Shown here one piece after another: positions 28,167 to 34,805 of a stretch of DNA of 64,000 nt (the first letter of the stretch is position 1; every line of letters begins with the position of its first letter). The DNA is from Kofleriaceae bacterium. Lineage in GTDB: Bacteria; Myxococcota_A; Polyangia; Haliangiales; Haliangiaceae. Location: assembly GCA_035500135.1 (NCBI GenBank), contig DATJXL010000089.1:7645-71644 (forward strand). Reading direction: 5' to 3'. Both the position numbers and the translations under genes were made by a program. Under the pieces are notes generated by a model that saw only the letters and a list, made by a program, of their open reading frames with translations, was not told the origin of the DNA and did not search any database.

Positions 28167-29786
28167 TCACGCGTTCCTCACGCCTCGCGCGCCGCCCTCG
28201 GCTTGGTGACGGGCCGCGACCGCGTCACGCTCGCCGAGATCGACGGTGATCGTCATCGTCGGCGTGCTCGCGGCAACGACCTCCGCCGCGGCCTGGACGT
28301 GGATCTCGCGCCACCAGCGGCGCGCCTCGGCGTCGCTCCAGTCCTTCGCGGCAGGCACCGCGCGCAGCGCGGCCGCGAGGTCCGCCGCGGTGCGGTAGCG
28401 GTCCTCCGGGGTCTTGGCGAGGCACTTCATCACGATCGCCTCGAGCTCCGGCTGCACGTACGTCGCGATCACCTTCGACGGCGGCACCGGCGCCGACGTC
28501 ATCGTCTTCATGCAGATGTCGATCGCGGTCTTGCCCTGGAACACCTGCGTGCCGGTCATCAAGTAGTAGCCGACCGCGCCGATGCCGTAGAGATCGGCCG
28601 CGCGGCCGATCTTCGTCGGATCGACGATGACCTCGGGCGCGATGTAGCCCGGCGTGCCGAGCACGACCTGGGTCGAGACGTCGGTGTTCGCGGTCAGCTC
28701 CTTCGCGAGCCCGTAGTCGAGCACCTTCGCGACGTCGGGCATCGCGCCGCGCTCGCACAGGATGATGTTCGCCGGCTTGACGTCGCGGTGGATGATGCCG
28801 CGGTCGTGCGCCTCCTGCAGCGCACCGCACACCTGCTCGAGCACCTTCGCGATGCGCGCGCTCGGTTGCGGCCCGTAGCGGCGCACCAGCCGCGACAGGT
28901 CGATGCCGTCGAGGTACTCCATCGCGTAATAGAACACGCCGTCGCTCGACCGCCCGTAGTCGAACACCGCGACCGTGTTCGGGTGCGTGAGCTCGCTCAT
29001 CTCCTGGACCTCGCGCTCGAAGCGCTCGAGATCCTCGGGCCGATCCGACGGCAAGAGCTTGACCGCGGTCGGCCGGCGCAGCATCAGGTGCTTCGCGAGG
29101 TAGACCTCGCCCATGCCGCCCGCGCCGATCTTGCGGACGAGCGTGTACTGGCCGACCTGCTGCGCGGCGCTGACCTGCTTGCGCAGGCCGTAGATCGTCT
29201 GCGAGCCGGCGCTCGACAGCCAGATCGGCATGCTCGCGAGCAGTAAGAACGACAGGAAAAACGCGCTGGGCGGCAGGCTCGGGTCTTGCCAATGCTTGTA
29301 TGCGAGTGCCGCCGCCGAGATCATCATCGGCACGAACGTCGAGAAGCTCGTGACGGCCGTGCGCAGCCCGCTGCTGGGTACGATCAGCGCGCGCGCGTAG
29401 ACCGTGAACGCGTAGTAGAGCAGCGACGCGTACGAGGCCGGGGTCAGGTCGTGCTGCACGAACGCGCTCGCGCCGAACGCGGTGCCGATGCCGACCGAGT
29501 AGATGAGGTCGGCGCGATGGAGCGCCCGGAGCGACAGCTTCGTGCGCACGAGCAGCACCCACACGAACGCCATCGTGCCGAGCCCGACGCCCGAGCCCGC
29601 GAACACCTCGCGGTAGTACTTCGGCGCGACCTCGTCCGGATACACGGTGTACAAGCCCCACAGAAATCCGATCAGCGCGGCGAGGCTCCAGAACATCAGC
29701 TTGAACAGGTAGGCGAGCCGCTCCTGCAGATACTCGCGGGCCTGCTCGTCCGCGCTCTCGCGCGGCTTCTTGCGCGCGATCTTCAC
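28167..29786 (-). CDS. Ser/Thr kinase with N-terminal six-helix membrane domain (RD type)
   Basis: GTG at 29786 overlaps the upstream kinase stop (GTGA). ~230 aa with 6 hydrophobic helices, then IGAGGMGEVYLA, TAVKLL, IIHRDVKPANIIL, DYGLA, GTPGYIAPE. Confidence 0.85.
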   Translation of the reverse strand: MKIARKKPRESADEQAREYLQERLAYLFKLMFWSLAALIGFLWGLYTVYPDEVAPKYYREVFAGSGVGLGTMAFVWVLLVRTKLSLRALHRADLIYSVGIGTAFGASAFVQHDLTPASYASLLYYAFTVYARALIVPSSGLRTAVTSFSTFVPMMISAAALAYKHWQDPSLPPSAFFLSFLLLASMPIWLSSAGSQTIYGLRKQVSAAQQVGQYTLVRKIGAGGMGEVYLAKHLMLRRPTAVKLLPSDRPEDLERFEREVQEMSELTHPNTVAVFDYGRSSDGVFYYAMEYLDGIDLSRLVRRYGPQPSARIAKVLEQVCGALQEAHDRGIIHRDVKPANIILCERGAMPDVAKVLDYGLAKELTANTDVSTQVVLGTPGYIAPEVIVDPTKIGRAADLYGIGAVGYYLMTGTQVFQGKTAIDICMKTMTSAPVPPSKVIATYVQPELEAIVMKCLAKTPEDRYRTAADLAAALRAVPAAKDWSDAEARRWWREIHVQAAAEVVAASTPTMTITVDLGERDAVAARHQAEGGARGVRNA

Positions 29787-31375
29787 GCCGCTTCCTCGCC
29801 GCGCTGGCCGATGTCGACCGTGATCGTGGAGTCGGCGTGCTCGGGCGCGTCGAGCAGCTCGACCGGCTTGGCGTGCTCGGCCCACCATTCGCGCGCGCGC
29901 TCGATCTCCCAGCGCGGCACGGCGGCGAGCGCGGCCGCGAGCTCGCTGGCGTCGCCGAAGCGATCGGCCGGCTTCTTGGCGAGGCAGCGCAGCACGATCG
30001 CCTCGAGCGTCGGATCGACCGCGACGTGCGTGGACGGCGGCACCGGTGTCGCCTCGACGTGCTGGCGGCACACGTCGATCGAGCTCTCGCCTGCGAACAC
30101 CGGCTTGCCGGTCAGCATGAAGTAGCCGACCGCGCCGAGCGAGTAGAGATCGACCGCCGGACCGACGCGATCGGGATCGGTCATGCGCTCGGGCGCGACG
30201 TAATCCGGCGTGCCGAACACGATCTGCGACGACGCTCCGGTGCCGGCCGTGAAGTCCTTGACGAGGCCGTAATCGAGCACCTTCGCGACGTCGGGCTGGC
30301 CGCCGCGCTGGCACAGGATGATGTTCGCGGGCTTGATGTCCTGGTGGACGATGCCGCGCCCGTGCGCTTCGGCGAGCGCGCCGCACACCTGCTCGAGGAT
30401 CCACGCGACGCGCCCGCTCGGCTGCACGCCGTGCACGCGCACGAGCTGGTCGAGCGTCCAGCCGTCGCCGAGATACTCCATCGCGTAGTAGAAGACGCCG
30501 TTGTCGCTGCGGCCGTAGTCGAACACGACGACCGTGTTCGGGTGCGTGAGCTCGCTCATGTGCTGCACCTCGCGCTCGAAGCGCTCGAGGTGCGCGCCGA
30601 CGCGATCCGGCATCAGCATCTTCACCGCGGTGTGGCGGCGCAGCATCAGGTGGCGCGCGATCCACACCTCGCCCATGCCGCCGGTGCCGATGCGGCGCAC
30701 GAGCGTGTACTGGCCGAGCTGCTGCGCCTCGCGGACCTGGCGGTTAAGATCGTAGATGATGTTCGAGCCCGCCGCCGACAGCAGGATCGCGACGCCGGCT
30801 AGCACGAGGAACCCGACGACGAATGCCGGCCCGGGCAGGGCCTGCCGCGACGACAGCGCGACCGCGGCGACCGCGAGCGGCGCGAATGCGAGCCCACCGG
30901 CGAGCGCGGTGCGGCGGCCCGTGCTCGGCACGATCAAGCCGCGCGTGAGCACCGCGAAGCACTGGTAGCACAGGCAGCAATAGGCAGCCGGGCGAAAGTT
31001 GTACGCGATCAGCGCCGACCCCGCGAACACGCAGCCGGTGCCGAACGCGTAGAACAGATCGATGCCGTACAGCGACGCGAAGCTGAGGTTCGGCCGGCGC
31101 ACGAGCAACAGGCGCCAGATCGACGCCATGATCGCGAGCCCGACCGCCGACAGCGCGTAGACATACTTCTGATACGTCGGCTCGATCGACGGAAAGCTCG
31201 CGTAGAGCACGAACAGGAACGCGATCAACGCCACGAACGTCCAGAACATCAGCTTGAACAGGACGGTCAGGCGCGCCTGCAAGTACGACCGCGACTCCGC
31301 CTTGCCGGAGGTCGACCACGGAACGCGCAGGTTCCGCCGAGATCGTGCCGCATCTGCCACCACTTCCACGTTCAT
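29783..31375 (-). CDS. Ser/Thr kinase paralogue with N-terminal six-helix membrane domain (non-RD: HQD)
   Basis: Same architecture and collinear similarity to the downstream gene. IGTGGMGEVWIA, TAVKML, IVHQDIKPANIIL, DYGLV, GTPDYVAPE. Confidence 0.85.
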   Translation of the reverse strand: MNVEVVADAARSRRNLRVPWSTSGKAESRSYLQARLTVLFKLMFWTFVALIAFLFVLYASFPSIEPTYQKYVYALSAVGLAIMASIWRLLLVRRPNLSFASLYGIDLFYAFGTGCVFAGSALIAYNFRPAAYCCLCYQCFAVLTRGLIVPSTGRRTALAGGLAFAPLAVAAVALSSRQALPGPAFVVGFLVLAGVAILLSAAGSNIIYDLNRQVREAQQLGQYTLVRRIGTGGMGEVWIARHLMLRRHTAVKMLMPDRVGAHLERFEREVQHMSELTHPNTVVVFDYGRSDNGVFYYAMEYLGDGWTLDQLVRVHGVQPSGRVAWILEQVCGALAEAHGRGIVHQDIKPANIILCQRGGQPDVAKVLDYGLVKDFTAGTGASSQIVFGTPDYVAPERMTDPDRVGPAVDLYSLGAVGYFMLTGKPVFAGESSIDVCRQHVEATPVPPSTHVAVDPTLEAIVLRCLAKKPADRFGDASELAAALAAVPRWEIERAREWWAEHAKPVELLDAPEHADSTITVDIGQRGEEAA

Positions 31376-31387
31376 CGGAATCTTGCC

Positions 31388-31414
31388 AGATCCGTCCCTC
31401 GTTCACGCGGATCT
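31388..31414. promoter_or_regulatory. Inverted repeat AGATCCG-N13-CGGATCT in the divergent kinase/operon control region
   Basis: Read directly. It lies 13-39 nt from the kinase ATG (31375, minus strand) and 73-99 nt upstream of the 31487 ATG. Confidence 0.25.
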
Positions 31415-31486
31415 AACGCGCCACGCTACTCGTAGCTCACGTCGTGGCGATGGGGACCTCACGCGCGGCCGGGCGACAAGGGATTC

Positions 31487-32419
31487 ATGCAGTGGCGACT
31501 CGTCTCCGGTCTGCTCGTCGCGACCACGTCGGTCGCGTCGGCCGACGACCCGTCGCCCGATGCCACGCCGACGACACCGACGACACCGGTGCGGCGCGAG
31601 GACGCCACGTTCGGTCAGATCTTCGGCGGGCCGTTCCAGTCGTCGCGGCTGTTCGCGATGCCGACCGCCGACACGGTCGGCCCGTACATGCTCGCGCTAT
31701 CGGGCGAGGGCAGCCTGCTCGAGCAGCCGGGCTTGCTCACGTCGGCCGGCGTGGTCGCGATCGGGTTCGGCGATCTCGCGCAGCTCGAGTACCGCCACAC
31801 CGAAGCGATCAGCGTGACCGGCGTCAACGCGCCGGTGCCCGCGGTCGGCGCGCAGTTCCGGCTGCCGATCCCCGAGCAGCCGAACGTGCCGGCGATCGGG
31901 ATCGCATATCGCCAGGGTTTGCCGCGTGACGAGCAGGTCGGCATGGCGACGGTCGAGGAGTCGGTCACCGACATCTACATGGTCGCGCGCGAGCGGCTGT
32001 CGGTCGCGCCGTGGCTGACGCTCCACGCCGGCCTGCGCTACTCGCCGTCGCACGTGACGGTGACCGGCCTGCCGGCCAAGAGCGCCGACCTCTGGCTGCC
32101 GGCCGCCGGTTTCGAGCTCGCGGTCAACCGCGAGGCGCGCGTCGTCGGCGAGACCGAGCTCGTCCCGCAGTTTCATTTCGACCCGGGCGACACCGCGCCG
32201 CGCATCACGACGGGCGCCGAAGCCCGGCTCGGCCTGCGCTGGGCGCTGTTTCACGCGGTGACGCTCGACGCCAGCTTTGGTTACCAGCTCGACGAAGCGA
32301 TGGGCTCCATCGGGGGCCCGCGCGACGTCGTGCAGGAGTGGGACATCCGGCTCGGTGCCGAGGTGTTCGTGCCCTGGGGTGCGCTGGCCTGCCGCGCCGC
32401 CGGGGTGTTCTGCGACTAA
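31487..32419 (+). CDS. Secreted protein, paralogue 1 of an unrecognised family
   Basis: Signal peptide MQWRLVSGLLVATTSVASA. Shares blocks with the next two genes (MPTADTVGP.., IGFGDLAQLEY, AQFRLP..PAIGIAYRQG, IYMVARERL...LHAG). Confidence 0.7.
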   Translation: MQWRLVSGLLVATTSVASADDPSPDATPTTPTTPVRREDATFGQIFGGPFQSSRLFAMPTADTVGPYMLALSGEGSLLEQPGLLTSAGVVAIGFGDLAQLEYRHTEAISVTGVNAPVPAVGAQFRLPIPEQPNVPAIGIAYRQGLPRDEQVGMATVEESVTDIYMVARERLSVAPWLTLHAGLRYSPSHVTVTGLPAKSADLWLPAAGFELAVNREARVVGETELVPQFHFDPGDTAPRITTGAEARLGLRWALFHAVTLDASFGYQLDEAMGSIGGPRDVVQEWDIRLGAEVFVPWGALACRAAGVFCD

Positions 32420-32444
32420 CGCGGCCCGAGGAGAGGAGTCAGTG

Positions 32445-33695
32445 ATGAAGAAGCTATGGATCGTCGCTCTCGTCGCCGGCATCGCCGCGACCGCGGACGC
32501 ACAGCCGAGCGACCCGTACAACCACGATGCGGGTGGCAACGGCAGCGCGCAAGCGCCGCCGCAGGAACCGCAACCACCGCCGCCACCGCAGCCAGGGCCG
32601 GAGCAACCACCGCCGCAGCAGCACACCGTGCGCGTGCTCGGACGCACGCGCATGTACGAGCTGCCGAACGAGGCGAGCGCGGTGATGACCTACGTCGAGC
32701 CGAACGAGCAGCTCGTGCCGGTGCGCACCGAAGGCGAGTGGACGTACGTCGAGAACTGGCGCGGCCAGGCCGGCTGGATCAAGACGTCGCGGGTCGCGGC
32801 GGCACAGGCGCCGGCCTCGCCCGACGACGCCGCGGCCGAGGAGGCGAAGCAGGAGCCACCGAAGAAGCCGGAAAAGCCGCGGCCACCCGATCCGCCGGTC
32901 GATCTGCCGATGCTGATCGCGGCGCCGACCGGCTGGCTGTTGCCGGCGGCGGTCCTGTACTCGCGCACCGGCCTCGACACCGGCGGCGGGTTCACGTCGG
33001 ATAACCGCGTCGGCCTCGGCGACGTCGCCGAGTTCGGCGTGAAGACGCTCGATCAAGTTCGTTCGTGCTCGGGCCCGACGACGCTCTCGGACTGCGCGAA
33101 CTCGGCCAGCGCGATCCAGCCGTATTTCACCGCGATCTTCCGCATGGGTGTCGGCGAGGACCGCTTGTTCGACGGCCAGCCCGGCCTCGTGCTCGGCTTC
33201 GAGAAGTCGTTCGAGCGCGACGACGGCGACAACGCGACGCGCATCGCCGAGCTCACGCTGGTCGCGAGCAAGAAGCTCGGCGATCGTGCGTCGATTCACG
33301 TCGGCGCCGCGTTCTGGGATGCCGAGTTCACCAACTCGACGTCGGACACCACGGTCGCGCTGCACAACCTCGACGGCGGCTTCGCGAACCAGATCCGTCC
33401 GTTTGCCGGCCTCGCCGCCAGCCCGATCGCGAAGTCCGAGCTCCTCGTCGACCTCAGCTGGGCGCCGCAGTTCTGCTACGCCTGCAACACGTCGGGGCCG
33501 ACCGACAACCAGCAGATCCGGTTGCGGCCCGAGCTCGCGTGGGGCGTGCGCTACAAGGTCGCCGACTGGATGCTGCTCGAATCCGGCGTGCGCGTGCCCG
33601 ACATCGGAAACGCGAACCTGCTCGACGCGCAGATCTACGGCGCGGTGACATTCGTGACGTGGGGCCTCCGCCACGCGGTGGACAGCGTGAAGTGA
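32445..33695 (+). CDS. Secreted protein, paralogue 2: Pro-rich linker + SH3b-like domain + family domain
   Basis: GAGGAG SD. MKKLWIVALVAGIAATADA. PPQEPQPPPPPQPGPEQPPPQQ. SH3b-like RVLGRTRMYELPNEASAVMTYVEPNEQLVPVRTEGEWTYVENWRGQAGWI. Family blocks APTGWLLPAA, VGLGDVAEFGV, FRMGVGEDRLFDGQPGLVLGFEKS. Confidence 0.75.
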   Translation: MKKLWIVALVAGIAATADAQPSDPYNHDAGGNGSAQAPPQEPQPPPPPQPGPEQPPPQQHTVRVLGRTRMYELPNEASAVMTYVEPNEQLVPVRTEGEWTYVENWRGQAGWIKTSRVAAAQAPASPDDAAAEEAKQEPPKKPEKPRPPDPPVDLPMLIAAPTGWLLPAAVLYSRTGLDTGGGFTSDNRVGLGDVAEFGVKTLDQVRSCSGPTTLSDCANSASAIQPYFTAIFRMGVGEDRLFDGQPGLVLGFEKSFERDDGDNATRIAELTLVASKKLGDRASIHVGAAFWDAEFTNSTSDTTVALHNLDGGFANQIRPFAGLAASPIAKSELLVDLSWAPQFCYACNTSGPTDNQQIRLRPELAWGVRYKVADWMLLESGVRVPDIGNANLLDAQIYGAVTFVTWGLRHAVDSVK

Positions 33696-33696
33696 C

Positions 33697-34437
33697 GTGC
33701 GTCGATTCGCGATCATATGGATCGCGTTGGCCGCGCGGGCGGCTGCCGCCGACCCTCCAACCGTCGACCACGTGGTCACGGCGCCGACCGCGTGGCTGCC
33801 GGCCGCCGGCACGGCGATCGGCAGCGCGTCGCTCGACCAGCACGGCACATCGTCGATCGTCGTCGGCTATGGCCTCGGCGGGATCGCCGAGGTCGAGCTC
33901 GGCGGCGACGGCGACGTCGACCAGTGCGACAGCGTGGCGTGCAAGTCGCGGCTCTACCAGGCGCGCGCCACGTTCCGCGTCGGCGCGCGCCAGGACGAGT
34001 GGTTCGACGGCCAGCCGGCGCTCGTGTTCGGCGTGCAGGAGTCGTTGCCCGGCACGCGTCGCGTCGGCGAGGCGTACGTGGTGGCGAGCCGCACGCTCGG
34101 CACCGGATTCGGCTCGTGGCGCCTGCACGCCGGCGCGATCGCGCTCGACGCGACCGCGGACGATGGCTCGCGGCTCGGCTTCACCGTGCGGCCGATCGGC
34201 GCGATCGAGCTCGTGCCCGCGCAGTATCCGAAGACCACGATGATGCTCGACGTGACGTGGTTGCCCGAGCTGCACGCGCCCGGCTCGATGACCGCGCCGG
34301 TGCAGGCGGCGTGGCTCGGTGGCTTCGGCGTGCGCTATCAGGCCTTGTCGTGGGGATCGATCGAGCTCGCGATCCGCGCGAGCTCGGTCGAGGACCGCGG
34401 AGTGATGGTGCGCATCAACGGCGTGCTCGGGCAGTAG
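33697..34437 (+). CDS. Secreted protein, paralogue 3
   Basis: GTG start 1 nt after the previous stop. MRRFAIIWIALAARAAAA. Blocks APTAWLPAAG, YGLGGIAEVEL, FRVGARQDEWFDGQPALVFGVQES, YVVASRTLG. Confidence 0.7.
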   Translation: MRRFAIIWIALAARAAAADPPTVDHVVTAPTAWLPAAGTAIGSASLDQHGTSSIVVGYGLGGIAEVELGGDGDVDQCDSVACKSRLYQARATFRVGARQDEWFDGQPALVFGVQESLPGTRRVGEAYVVASRTLGTGFGSWRLHAGAIALDATADDGSRLGFTVRPIGAIELVPAQYPKTTMMLDVTWLPELHAPGSMTAPVQAAWLGGFGVRYQALSWGSIELAIRASSVEDRGVMVRINGVLGQ

Positions 34438-34457
34438 CTGGGGTAAGCTGCCGCTCG

Positions 34458-34805
34458 ATGCATGGGGGCATCGAGTGGTTGATCGACGCGCATGGCTGCG
34501 CGCCGGCCCGGCTGCGCGATCGCGACGCCGTGGTCGCGCTGCTCGAGCGCATCGTCGCCGACATGCAGCTGCACGTCGTGTCGCGCGCGGTGCACGTGTT
34601 CGGCGGCGAGGGCGGCGTGACCGCGCTGTACTTGCTCGCCGAGTCGCACCTGTCGATCCACACGTTTCCGGAAGCCGGCACCGCGACGCTCGACGCCTAC
34701 TGCTGCGCGCCGCGCGAGCCCGCCGCGTGGCGCGCGCTGTGCGGCGACGCGCTCGGGGCGCGCGACGTGATCGTGCGCGAGCTCGCGCGCGGAGTGATCG
34801 CGTGA
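34458..34805 (+). CDS. speH: S-adenosylmethionine decarboxylase proenzyme (small pyruvoyl SpeH/SpeD type)
   Basis: 115 aa. Self-processing motif LLAESHLSIHTFPE. Real 3' end of shadow ORF 33717..34805. Confidence 0.85.
   Translation: MHGGIEWLIDAHGCAPARLRDRDAVVALLERIVADMQLHVVSRAVHVFGGEGGVTALYLLAESHLSIHTFPEAGTATLDAYCCAPREPAAWRALCGDALGARDVIVRELARGVIA

Noticed and set aside
28167-30665. 832-aa minus ORF suggesting one giant kinase
   Set aside because: Its 5' third is an alternative frame of the upstream kinase gene. The real genes are 28167..29786 and 29783..31375, in different frames and joined by a GTGA overlap.
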